64,000 bases of DNA, from assembly GCA_963741945.1 (NCBI GenBank), contig CAVUKA010000003.1, positions 64,001 to 128,000 on the forward strand, written 5' to 3'. The translations under genes and the position numbers were made by a program. This DNA comes from an uncultured Gemmatimonadales bacterium. GTDB taxonomy: Bacteria > Gemmatimonadota > Gemmatimonadetes > Longimicrobiales > RSA9. The notes below the pieces were generated by a model. The model was given only the letters and a program-made list of their open reading frames with translations, was not told the origin of the DNA and ran no database searches. Shown one piece after another: positions 25,520-34,806 of this stretch (position 1 is the stretch's first letter; every line of letters starts with the position of its first letter).

Positions 25520-27916
25520 TCAGCTCTCCCGTACCGCAGCGGCCGCAACCGCCACCTGGCCCAGCGCCAGTCCGCCATCGTTTGCTGGCACGCGGCGGTG
25601 GAGCAGCGGCCGGAACCCGGCCGTCTCCAGCGCCGCTGCCGCCCGCTCCGTGAGCACCGCGTTCTGGAAGCACCCGCCCGTGAGCGCCACGCGCGGCTGT
25701 CCCACCCGCTCCGCCACCGCCACGAGCGCGGCCACGAGCCCGTTGTGGAACCTCCCGGCCACCCGCCCCACGTCCTCACCTCGCTCCAGCTCCCGCAGCA
25801 GCGCGTCCACCGCGGGGGCCCAGTCCACCACCATCGGCTCGCCCGGCCGCTCCACCAGCGCCAGCTCGTACGAGCCCGTCTCCCGGGGCGACACCGCCCA
25901 TTCCAGCGCCATCGCCGCCTCACCCTCGAAGCTCACCCGCTGGCGCAGGCCCGCCAGCGACGCCACGGCGTCGAACAGGCGGCCCGCGCTCGTGGTCCAC
26001 GGTGCCCGGAACCCCGTCTCCAGCACGCGCGACAGCACCCGCAGCTCGCCCGGCTCCATGGCCGCCCCCGCGGCCGTGGCCAGGAACCGATCCACTCCGG
26101 CTTCCCCCCAGGCGGCGTGCGCCAGCGCCAGCGCCATCCGCTTCGGCTCCTTCACCGCTGCATCGCCGCCCGGGAGCCGGAACGGCCGGAAATGGGCGAT
26201 GCGCTCGTACGCGCCGGCATCACCGAGCAGGAACTCGCCGCCCCAGATCACGCCGTCCGGTCCGAGACCGGTACCATCCCAGACCACGCCCAGCGCCGCG
26301 CCCGGCTCGTCGTTGTCCGCCAGACACGCCGCCAGGTGCGCGTGGTGGTGCTGCACCGCCACCCGCCGCACGTCGGCCCCGCCGGCCGCCGGACCCACGG
26401 CCCACACCGTGGAAGCGTAGTCCGGGTGGAAGTCGTGCGCCACGGTGCCGGGCGATACCTCGTAGAGCTGGAGGAAGTCCTGGATCACGCGCCGGAACGC
26501 CTGCTCCGCCTGCGGCGTCTCCAGGTCCCCGATGTGCTGGCTGAGGAAGACGTCGCGTCCGCGGGCCAGCGCCACGGTGTTCTTCAGGTGCCCGCCCACG
26601 GCCAGGACGGGCGGCACCGGCTCCGCCAGCCGCACGGGGAGCGGCGCGTAGCCGCGCGACCGGCGGAGCAGGCGAGGCGCGCCCGCCACCGGCTGCACCA
26701 CGCTGTCGTCGACCGCGCGCTCGATGGGACGGTCGTGCAGCAGGAACAGGTCCGCGATTCCCGACAGCCGTTCCACGGCCTCGTCGTTGTCGGTGCAGAT
26801 CGGCTCGTCCGTCAGGTTCCCGCTCGTGGCGACGACCGGCCGGTCCAGCTCCCGCATGAGCAGGTGGTGGAGCGGTGTGTACGGCAGCATGATGCCCAGG
26901 CGCGGGTTCCCCGGCGCCACGCCCTCGACCACGCCCGAGCCCGGCCGGTGCGGCAGGAGGACGATGGGCGCCTCCGGCGACGCCAGTGCCGCGGCCGCGT
27001 CGGCATCCGCCTCGCACACGCGCCGGGCCATGCCGAGGTCCCGGACCATGACCGCCAGCGGCTTGGTCGGCCGGTGCTTCCTCGCCCGCAGCGTGGCCAC
27101 GGCCCCGGCGTTCCCTGCGTCCACGACCAGGTGGAAGCCACCGAGCCCTTTCACCGCCACCACCCGCCCCCCGCGGATCGCGGCCGCGGCCGCCCGGATG
27201 GCGGCGAGGTCGTCCGTGGGCGGGGGAACACCGTCGTCGCCCTCGATCCACAGGTGCGGTCCGCACGCGGGGCACGCGGTGGGCTGGGCGTGGAAGCGGC
27301 GGTCCAGCGGATCCTCGTACTCCGTCCGGCACTCGGGGCAGAGCCGGAACCCTCGCATGGTGGTGTTCGGCCGGTCGTACGGGAGCGCCCGGATGATGCT
27401 GAAGCGCGGGCCACAGTCCGTGCAGTTGGTGAACGGGTAGCAGGCGCGTCGGTCCGCCGGGGTGTCCGCGCCGCCTCCGCCCTCCGCTCCGCCCTCCGCG
27501 GGTTCGGCCGGGGCCGGGCGTTCGTCCGCACCCGCTGCCGCCAGGCCGATGTCGGCCAGGCACGCGGGGCAGGTGGCCAGGTCGGGGAGCACGGAGGCCA
27601 CGCGCTCGCCCGTCGCGTCACTGGGCAGGATCTCCAGCCCCGTGAGCCCGGTGGCCGCAAGCCAGGTCTGGCACACCTCCGTGACCACGGCACGGGGGGG
27701 TGGCCCGCTGCGGAGCCGCTCGGCGAAACGGGCGAGGTCCGCCTCGTCGCCTTCCAGCTCGAGCGTCACGCCGCGCGTGTCGTTCCGCATCCACCCCTGG
27801 AGCCCGAGCTCCCTGGCAGTGCGGTAGAGGAACGGGCGCATTCCCACCCCCTGCACCGCCCCGGCCACCTCGAGGCGGAGCCGACGCGCCGTGGCCGGTG
27901 CTGCGGGGGTGGTCAT
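25520..27916 (-). CDS. hypF: Carbamoyltransferase HypF
   Basis: GAVQGVGMRP acylphosphatase domain, CxxC zinc fingers, RRFHAQP, KGLGGFHL, QHHHAH, DGTGLG, NDGGLALGQ. Confidence 0.97.
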   Translation of the reverse strand: MTTPAAPATARRLRLEVAGAVQGVGMRPFLYRTARELGLQGWMRNDTRGVTLELEGDEADLARFAERLRSGPPPRAVVTEVCQTWLAATGLTGLEILPSDATGERVASVLPDLATCPACLADIGLAAAGADERPAPAEPAEGGAEGGGGADTPADRRACYPFTNCTDCGPRFSIIRALPYDRPNTTMRGFRLCPECRTEYEDPLDRRFHAQPTACPACGPHLWIEGDDGVPPPTDDLAAIRAAAAAIRGGRVVAVKGLGGFHLVVDAGNAGAVATLRARKHRPTKPLAVMVRDLGMARRVCEADADAAAALASPEAPIVLLPHRPGSGVVEGVAPGNPRLGIMLPYTPLHHLLMRELDRPVVATSGNLTDEPICTDNDEAVERLSGIADLFLLHDRPIERAVDDSVVQPVAGAPRLLRRSRGYAPLPVRLAEPVPPVLAVGGHLKNTVALARGRDVFLSQHIGDLETPQAEQAFRRVIQDFLQLYEVSPGTVAHDFHPDYASTVWAVGPAAGGADVRRVAVQHHHAHLAACLADNDEPGAALGVVWDGTGLGPDGVIWGGEFLLGDAGAYERIAHFRPFRLPGGDAAVKEPKRMALALAHAAWGEAGVDRFLATAAGAAMEPGELRVLSRVLETGFRAPWTTSAGRLFDAVASLAGLRQRVSFEGEAAMALEWAVSPRETGSYELALVERPGEPMVVDWAPAVDALLRELERGEDVGRVAGRFHNGLVAALVAVAERVGQPRVALTGGCFQNAVLTERAAAALETAGFRPLLHRRVPANDGGLALGQVAVAAAAVRES

Positions 27917-27923
27917 GAGGGCT

Positions 27924-28595
27924 TCAGGAGGCGGGGACCGGGCCGCGTGCTTCGGCCAGCCGGCCCACGAGCCAGCCGATCCAGTCCTCCATCCCTTCCC
28001 CCGTCCTGCACGAGACCCGGAAGATCGGGACGCTCGGATTCACCATCCGGATCCCGCGCTCGTACTCGGCGTGGTCGAACTCGAAGACGTCCGCCAGGTC
28101 GTCCTTGTTCAGCACGACCGCGTCCGCGCCCGTGAACATGCCCGGGTACTTGAACGGCTTGTCGAAGCCCTCCGGCACGCTCCCGACCACCAGGTTCAGG
28201 TCCTGTCCCAGCTTGTAGTTGGCCGGGCAGATCAGGTTGCCCACGTTCTCGATGAACAGGACGTCGATCGCCTCCAGCTCCAGGTGCGGCAGCGACGCGC
28301 GCACCATCGGCGCATCCAGGTGGCAGTTGCCACCCGTGTTGATCTGCACCACCGGGATCCCCTGCTCCGCGATCTTGTCCGCGTCGATGCTGCTCGCCAC
28401 GTCCCCTTCGATCACCCCGGGCCGCAGCTCCGCCGGAAGCCGCGCCGCCGTCGCCAGGATCACCGACGTCTTCCCCGCTCCCGGCGACGCCATCACGTTC
28501 ACCACGCGCACGCCATCGCGGTCGAACCGCTCCCGGTTCTCCGCCGCCACCTGGTCGTTCGCCTTCAGCACTTCCTTCACCACGTGAACCTTCAT
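27924..28595 (-). CDS. hypB: Hydrogenase nickel-insertion GTPase HypB
   Basis: SPGAGKT, INTGGNCHLDA, IENVGNLICPA, KPFKYP, NKDD. Confidence 0.96.
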   Translation of the reverse strand: MKVHVVKEVLKANDQVAAENRERFDRDGVRVVNVMASPGAGKTSVILATAARLPAELRPGVIEGDVASSIDADKIAEQGIPVVQINTGGNCHLDAPMVRASLPHLELEAIDVLFIENVGNLICPANYKLGQDLNLVVGSVPEGFDKPFKYPGMFTGADAVVLNKDDLADVFEFDHAEYERGIRMVNPSVPIFRVSCRTGEGMEDWIGWLVGRLAEARGPVPAS

Positions 28596-28939
28596 TCGGG
28601 CACCTCTATGCTTTCCACGTAGAAGGCCTGGCCCCCCGTCACCGACAGGGCCAGCGATCCGCACGCCGGACACTCCCGGGGCACCGGTGGCGCCACCGGG
28701 AAGGTGTGCCCGCAGATGGCGCAGCGCCCTTCCGCCGATTCCCGGCGGAATTGCAGCATTGCCCCCTCCGCGGGCGTCTCCCGGCTCATGATGTCGAAAT
28801 AGAACTGGATCGAATCGTCCACGAAGCTGGTCAGGTCGCCCACCACCACCTCGATGGCGAGGATGCGCTCGGCGCGTGCCTCGCGCGCGGCCTCGAGCGC
28901 GACGTCCAGCATGCCGCGAGTCGCCGGGAGCTCATGCAT
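28592..28939 (-). CDS. hypA: Hydrogenase nickel metallochaperone HypA
   Basis: N-terminal MHE; CAIC...CPACGS. Confidence 0.96.
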   Translation of the reverse strand: MHELPATRGMLDVALEAAREARAERILAIEVVVGDLTSFVDDSIQFYFDIMSRETPAEGAMLQFRRESAEGRCAICGHTFPVAPPVPRECPACGSLALSVTGGQAFYVESIEVPE

Positions 28940-29005
28940 GAGGAAACGCTACTACGAGCGCTGCCGTCCGGACGATCGGGGATGCCCCGCGTCCGGACTC
29001 CGGAA

Positions 29006-29560
29006 TCACCCGGATGGACTCGTGGTGGTTGTTCCCACACCCCGCCGAGGACGTTCCCACCAGATCTCCGGGTCTCCCGGGGCGGGCCGGAGCGCGGGCG
29101 GGTGGCCGAGCCGCGTGAGCTCCTCGACCACCAGGTCCATGACGGCGTACACGGCATCGCGGAGCGCGGGGCTGAGCCCCACGCCGGTATCCACCCGGTC
29201 GGGGACGGCGCCGATGAGCAGGACTTCGCTCGGGCCGCCACCCTCGAGGTCCAGCAGCATGAGCGTTTCCTTCACGCCCGGCTGATGGGGATTGGTGCGG
29301 ATGGGCGCCGGCTGGGCAAGCAGCTCGTCCTTCCGATACATCCGGACGGTTCCGGGCGGCCCACCGGCGGAAATGGTGTCGACGACCACGAGGGCTTCCA
29401 GCCCCTCGAGGTGTGGCGCGAGGTCGAGCCCGGGCGTGCCCAGGTCGACGATGTCGACGTCCCCGGTGTCGTAGCGCGACTGGAACAGTCGAACGACGTA
29501 GGGTCCGAACGCATCATCGCCCAGGAGCACGTTCCCGAGCCCGACCACCGCCGTTTTCAT
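29006..29560 (-). CDS. hybD: Hydrogenase maturation endopeptidase
   Basis: VGLGNVLLGDDAFG, DLGTPG, VVVD, NPHQPG; follows large subunit. Confidence 0.93.
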   Translation of the reverse strand: MKTAVVGLGNVLLGDDAFGPYVVRLFQSRYDTGDVDIVDLGTPGLDLAPHLEGLEALVVVDTISAGGPPGTVRMYRKDELLAQPAPIRTNPHQPGVKETLMLLDLEGGGPSEVLLIGAVPDRVDTGVGLSPALRDAVYAVMDLVVEELTRLGHPPALRPAPGDPEIWWERPRRGVGTTTTSPSG

Positions 29561-31272
29561 CACAGCGAGCAGAACTCCACGGCCATGACGTTGGACAGCT
29601 CCCGTCCCTCCGGATCCAGGGTATGGATCGCACACGCGAGGCACGGATCGAAGGAGTGGATGGTGCGCAGGACCTCCAGCGGCCGCTCGGTGTCGGCCAC
29701 GGGGTTCCCGACCAGCGAGGCCTCGTATGGACCCATCTGGTTGCGCTCGTCCCGCGGCCCGGCGTTCCAGGTGCTGGGCACCACGGCCTGGTAATTCTTG
29801 ATGACGCCGTCCTTCACCACCACGAAGTGGCTCAGGGCGCCACGCGGCGCCTCGTGGAAGCCGAAGCCCCGGATCTCCCCCTTCGGGAATTCCGGCTGGT
29901 TGAACACGGCCGTGTCGCCGCTGCCGATGTTGTTGGCGAGCAGCTCCCAGTGCTTGTCGGCGAGGTCCGCGATGGCCGACGCGCGGATGGCGCGCGCGGC
30001 GTGACGGCCCAGCGTCGAGTGCATGGCGGACAGCCCCACCCGCGTCCCGGCGATGGAGGAGGCCGTGCTCAGAGCGTGGTCCGCCCACTTCTTGATCCCG
30101 GCATGGCCGGCCGCGTAGCCCACGAGCACCTGCGCCAGCGGGCCCACCTGCATCGGCTTGCCATCCCAGCGGGGAGACTTCACCCACGAATACTTCCCGT
30201 TCTCCTGGAAGTCCGTGTAGTGCGGCTTCGTCTCGCCATCGTAGGGGTGCAGCGTCTTGTTGCCCTCGTACCACGAGTGGGCCACGGACTCCGTGACGCT
30301 GTCCTCGAAGTACGAGTCGTTGAAGCTCGTGATCGGCCGGTAGGTGGAGATGTCGCCACCCATGATCGTGCCGCCCGGGAGATCGAACTGCGTCCCCTTC
30401 GTGTCCAGCGGCAGGTCCGGCACGGCCAGGTAGTTGGTGACGCCAGCGCCGTAGCCGAGCCACTCCGGGTACATGGCGCCCACCGCGATCACGTCCGGCA
30501 GATAGACCTGCTGCACGAAGGTCCGGACCTCTCCGAGGAGCTCGCGGGCCCAGTACAGCTTCTCCATGTTGAGCGCCGACTGGTTGTCCAGGTTGATGGC
30601 GTTCGCCACCCCGCCCACCGCCAGGTTCTGGATGTTCGGCGTCTTGCCACCCAGGATCGTCACGACCTGGTTCGCCTTGCGCTGATACTCCAGCGCCTGC
30701 AGGTAGTGGCTCACCGCCAGCAGGTTCACTTCCGGCGCCAGGTGCATCGCGGGATGCCCCCAGTAGCCGTTGGTGAAGATCCCGAGCTGGCCACTGTCCA
30801 CCAGCCCCTTCACCTTCGACTTCACCGCCGTCATCTCTTCCACGCTGTTCTTCGGCCAGGGCGAAATGCTCTGCCCCAGCTGCGCGGCCTTCTTCGGGTC
30901 CGCCGCCAGCGCCTTCGTCACGTCCACCCAGTCCAGCGCGGACAGGTGATAGAAGTGCACGATGTGGTCGTGCAGCGCGTGGGCGGTCAGGATCAGGTTC
31001 CGGATGTACTGCGCGTTCGGCGGGATCTCCAGATTCAGCGCGTTCTCCACCGCGCGCACGCTCGTGATGGCGTGCACCGTGGTGCAGACGCCGCAGATCC
31101 GCTGCGTGAACAGCCACGCCTCGCGCGGATCGCGCCCCTGGAGGATCACCTCGATCCCGCGCCACATCTGTCCCGACGACCAGGCGTTCTGCACCCGGCC
31201 GCCATCCACTTCCACGTCTACGCGCAGATGACCTTCGATCCGGGTGATCGGGTCGACTACTACTCTCGCCAT
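29560..31272 (-). CDS. hybC: [NiFe]-hydrogenase large subunit (group 1, Hyb/hydrogenase-2 type)
   Basis: VDPITRIEGHL, L1 QRICGVCTTVH, L2 SFDPCLACAIH with cleavable C-terminal tail. Confidence 0.96.
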   Translation of the reverse strand: MARVVVDPITRIEGHLRVDVEVDGGRVQNAWSSGQMWRGIEVILQGRDPREAWLFTQRICGVCTTVHAITSVRAVENALNLEIPPNAQYIRNLILTAHALHDHIVHFYHLSALDWVDVTKALAADPKKAAQLGQSISPWPKNSVEEMTAVKSKVKGLVDSGQLGIFTNGYWGHPAMHLAPEVNLLAVSHYLQALEYQRKANQVVTILGGKTPNIQNLAVGGVANAINLDNQSALNMEKLYWARELLGEVRTFVQQVYLPDVIAVGAMYPEWLGYGAGVTNYLAVPDLPLDTKGTQFDLPGGTIMGGDISTYRPITSFNDSYFEDSVTESVAHSWYEGNKTLHPYDGETKPHYTDFQENGKYSWVKSPRWDGKPMQVGPLAQVLVGYAAGHAGIKKWADHALSTASSIAGTRVGLSAMHSTLGRHAARAIRASAIADLADKHWELLANNIGSGDTAVFNQPEFPKGEIRGFGFHEAPRGALSHFVVVKDGVIKNYQAVVPSTWNAGPRDERNQMGPYEASLVGNPVADTERPLEVLRTIHSFDPCLACAIHTLDPEGRELSNVMAVEFCSL

Positions 31273-31282
31273 GTTCTCCTCC

Positions 31283-32503
31283 TCACGAGCGGGCGGGCAC
31301 GGGACGGGCCGCCGGGGCGGCCTTGCTCGGCCGTGCCTCGGACCTCACCCCGCCCACGATGGGGAATTTCTTCACGATCAGGATGTACACCGCGATCTCA
31401 CCGGCCACGAGGCCGGCCGTCACCAGGATCTCGCCGATGGACGGGAAGTATCCGAGCGACCCGGGCGCCGGGTTGAACACGATGAGGAAGGTCGAGAACC
31501 GGTACAGCGCGCCGGCCGTGATCATCATCGCGGCCGCCGTGAACAGGCGACGCCTGTTTGGCGCCGTGTGTCGACGCGCCAGCAGCGCCAGCGCTCCGAG
31601 CCACAGCAGCGTCTCGACGGCGAACAGCGCGGTCTTGCCGTTCATCTCGGCCAGCAGCCCGAGACGACCGCGGTACGCCAGGTCGGCGAAGCGCACGACC
31701 AGGTAGGCCACCACCAGCACCATGGCGGCGCGGGTGAGCCCTTCCTGCAGTGGCGTCTCCCGCAGACGCCCGAAGCCGGACCGCGTCAGCATCCCTTCCA
31801 GCACCACTACGCCATAGCCCATGGCAATGCAGGAGAGGAGGAAGAGGAGCGGCAGCATCGGTGTCTGCCACAGCGGGTGCACTTTCGGCCCCGCCAGCAT
31901 CATGAGGCTGCCGAGCGACGACTGGTGCATCGTGGGCAGGAGCAGGCCCAGCGCCACGATGAACGGCAGTGCCTTCCTCACTTTCGGCAGCCAGTACGTG
32001 GATGCGCGGGCGAGGAAGCCGTCGCCTTCCTTCCACCGCTCCATCAGGAATGGACTCACCTCGATCCACAGCACCACCGTGTACAGCATGATGCAGAGCG
32101 CCACCTCGAGCAGGATCGAGTTGAAGTTCCAGTTCCAGAAGCTGAACGGCAGCTTGTAGACGTTCCACCAGCGGCCGATGTCGATGATCACGCCAATGCC
32201 GCCCAGCGTGTAGCCGAGGGCGCTCGTGACCAGCGCCGGCCGGATCAGCGCGTGGTACTTCCCCTTGTTCAGGATGAACACCAGGATGGCGACGGCGTAC
32301 CCGCCCGTGGCCAGCGCCGTGCCCACCACCACGTCGAAGGCGATCCACAGCCCCCACGGGTAGCGGTCCGAAAGCGCCGTCACCGGGCCGAGCCCGACGA
32401 AGAAACGGTAGAGCAGGATGCCGGCCGCCAGGAGGAACAGTCCGGTCAGGGCCAGGAACGGGCGGGTCACGATCCGCCCACCCACGGGTGTCGGATGAGT
32501 CAT
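31283..32503 (-). CDS. hybB: Hydrogenase-2 membrane subunit (NrfD family)
   Basis: YPWGLWIAFDVV, IDIGRWWN, LPTMHQSSLGSL, HPLW; about 10 TM helices. Confidence 0.93.
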   Translation of the reverse strand: MTHPTPVGGRIVTRPFLALTGLFLLAAGILLYRFFVGLGPVTALSDRYPWGLWIAFDVVVGTALATGGYAVAILVFILNKGKYHALIRPALVTSALGYTLGGIGVIIDIGRWWNVYKLPFSFWNWNFNSILLEVALCIMLYTVVLWIEVSPFLMERWKEGDGFLARASTYWLPKVRKALPFIVALGLLLPTMHQSSLGSLMMLAGPKVHPLWQTPMLPLLFLLSCIAMGYGVVVLEGMLTRSGFGRLRETPLQEGLTRAAMVLVVAYLVVRFADLAYRGRLGLLAEMNGKTALFAVETLLWLGALALLARRHTAPNRRRLFTAAAMMITAGALYRFSTFLIVFNPAPGSLGYFPSIGEILVTAGLVAGEIAVYILIVKKFPIVGGVRSEARPSKAAPAARPVPARS

Positions 32504-33375
32504 GACTCCACCTCTTCTTCCTCCAGGTTGCGCCGGTTCTTCCAGACCACGGCGCCAAGGATCCCGTACAGCACCACGGGGGCGATGAAGCCCTTGTAGA
32601 TCGTGTGCTGCACCGTCTCGGCCGTCTGAACGGCCCCGTGCTCACCGAGGTCCGGGAAGCCCAGGTCCGTGAACGGAATGCCCGCCGCGCTCAGGTACAG
32701 CACCTGAGTCCCGCCGCCATCCTTCTCGCCGAACACCTTCGGCTCGTAGCGGTCCGGGTTCGCTTCCAGCCGACGGTGCGCTTCGTTCAGCAGATCCTCG
32801 CGCGTGCCGTAGATCACCGCCTCCTTCGGGCACACCTCGGCGCATGCCGGGATCTTGCCCTCCGCCAGGCGGTGGTTGCACAGCTCGCACTTCACGATCT
32901 TCGGCGTGGCCGAGTTCCATTCGAACTTCGGCACGTTGTATGGGCACGCCACCTGGCAGTAGCGGCAGCCGATGCACTTGTCGCCGTCCCACGTGACGAT
33001 CCCGTGCTCCCGCTTCTGCAGCGCGCCCATCATGCACGCGCTCGCGCACCCCGGATCCACGCAGTGCATGCACTGCAGCTTCACGTATGACTGCGCCGCA
33101 CCGTCCTGGTACTCCTTGATGATGTTCTTGCACTCCGAGTCCAGGTCCTTCGGCGCGTAGTACAGCTCACCCGGCCGGCGGCCGCTGAAGTTGGCCTCGT
33201 AGCAGGCCACCTCGCACGCCTTGCACCCGATGCAGAGCGTGGCGTCGTAGAGCAGCCCGACCGCGTCGGGTGGCGCTTCCCGCGGCTCGCGGGCGTGCGC
33301 CGAGCGCGGCGAAGCAGCAAGGGCAACCCCCGCCGCGGCCGCTGTCTTCAGCGCATCCCTTCGATTGAGTCCCAT
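32500..33375 (-). CDS. hybA: Hydrogenase-2 4Fe-4S ferredoxin subunit with Tat signal
   Basis: NRRDALK; CIGCKAC, CMHCVDPGC, CIGCRYCQVACP, KCELC; C-terminal TM helix. Confidence 0.95.
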   Translation of the reverse strand: MGLNRRDALKTAAAAGVALAASPRSAHAREPREAPPDAVGLLYDATLCIGCKACEVACYEANFSGRRPGELYYAPKDLDSECKNIIKEYQDGAAQSYVKLQCMHCVDPGCASACMMGALQKREHGIVTWDGDKCIGCRYCQVACPYNVPKFEWNSATPKIVKCELCNHRLAEGKIPACAEVCPKEAVIYGTREDLLNEAHRRLEANPDRYEPKVFGEKDGGGTQVLYLSAAGIPFTDLGFPDLGEHGAVQTAETVQHTIYKGFIAPVVLYGILGAVVWKNRRNLEEEEVES

Positions 33376-33376
33376 G

Positions 33377-34552
33377 TCACGCCTCTCCGTCCTTGTGGGC
33401 CGGTGACCGCTTCTCCGTTTCCGGGACGGGGACGAGCTCCGGCTCCTCCAGCGACTCGTCGTAGCCGCCGAGCTTCTTCGAGCCAGCCAGCGCCGCACCC
33501 GCGAGCCCGCCGATCACCGCGCCGCCCACGGCCGTGGCCCACGGGCTGATGCCGTCACCCTCGGACGAGCCGATGGGCGGGAACCCGGCCGGCGGCGTCA
33601 CCTGCAGCACGCTCGCCTCCTGGAACAGCGGCTTGTTGAAGCCGACGCCCGACTCGGTGCAGCCGAAGCACGGGTGGCCGATCCCGACCGGCCACGCGCC
33701 GTCCACTTCGCCGAAGCTCTTGATGGAGCAGTTGGAGTGCGTCTCGGGGCCCTTGCACCCGAGCCTGTACAGGCAGTATCCGTTGCGATGCCCCTCGTCG
33801 CCGAAGGCCATGGCGAACCGCCCGGCATCGAAATGCGGACGACGCGGACAATCCTCGTGGATGGTCCGGCCGTATGCGAACTTCGGCCGCGCCAGCTCGT
33901 CCAGCTCCGGCAACGTGCCGTACGTGGCGAACTGCAGCACCGTCCCCAGGAAGTTGTACGGATTGGCCGGGCAGCCGGGGATGGTCACCACCGTCTTCCC
34001 CTGCAGCACCGCCGGCGCGCCCTTCGCGCCCGTCGGGTTCGGCCCCGAGGACGGGATTCCGCCCCACGATGCGCACGACCCGATGGCGACGATCGCGCCC
34101 GCGTTCTCGGCCGCCTCGTTCAGGATGTCCAGCGCGGTCCGACCCCCGATCTTGCAGTAGATCCCGTTGTCCTTCGTGGGGATCGCGCCCTCGACCACGA
34201 GCACGTACTTCCCCTTGTTCTCGGCCATCGATGACTGCTTCGCTGCTTCCGCCTGATGCCCGGCGGCGGCGCTCAGCGCCTCGTGATAGTCGAGCGAGAT
34301 CAGGTCGAGGACCAGCGTGCCCAGATTGGGATGACTGGTGCGCAGCATGGACTCTGTGCACCCGGTGCACTCCTGGAACGACAGCCAGATCACCGACGGC
34401 TTCCTCTTCGTGACAGCCTGTGCAAACGCTTCCGCCGCCGTTGCCGGTAGACCCACGGCGGCGGCGGCTAGGATGCACATGCTCCTGACGAACTCTCTAC
34501 GGTCCAGCTCACTCGAGCGGGCCGCCGAGCCAGCGTGACGCGGCACAACCAT
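33377..34552 (-). CDS. hybO: [NiFe]-hydrogenase small subunit with Tat signal and C-terminal anchor
   Basis: DRREFVR; QECTGCTES, GSCASWGG, PGCP, HEDCPRR, CLYRLGCKGP, GHPCFGC. Confidence 0.95.
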   Translation of the reverse strand: MVVPRHAGSAARSSELDRREFVRSMCILAAAAVGLPATAAEAFAQAVTKRKPSVIWLSFQECTGCTESMLRTSHPNLGTLVLDLISLDYHEALSAAAGHQAEAAKQSSMAENKGKYVLVVEGAIPTKDNGIYCKIGGRTALDILNEAAENAGAIVAIGSCASWGGIPSSGPNPTGAKGAPAVLQGKTVVTIPGCPANPYNFLGTVLQFATYGTLPELDELARPKFAYGRTIHEDCPRRPHFDAGRFAMAFGDEGHRNGYCLYRLGCKGPETHSNCSIKSFGEVDGAWPVGIGHPCFGCTESGVGFNKPLFQEASVLQVTPPAGFPPIGSSEGDGISPWATAVGGAVIGGLAGAALAGSKKLGGYDESLEEPELVPVPETEKRSPAHKDGEA

Positions 34553-34806
34553 GCTTCCTCCCGGGTGGCACGGAGTGGTGGGAACCACTGGCGGAATTTC
34601 CTTTGTGGGACACCAACCTATCCCGCGGGGCAATACGCGCGCAGTAGGAAATGGCCGGAAAATGACTGGGGAATTCCCGGAAATTTCGGTCGGGCAAACT
34701 CCTGACGCTTCTTGGGGGGTGAAGTGCGTGATTCGCGCTTCCGGGCGTGGGGCGATACCCTTTCCCCGCCATTCCCATGGACCCGAGATCAGGAGCGCGA
34801 GCGCAT

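Noticed and set aside
29610-29660. Selenocysteine ([NiFeSe]) hydrogenase
   Set aside because: L2 motif is DPCLAC with ordinary Cys codons and no in-frame TGA.
29561-31165. 719-aa ORF as a hydrogenase-protease fusion
   Set aside because: Only the last 184 aa (from ATG 29560) are the protease; the rest is an off-frame overlap with hybC.
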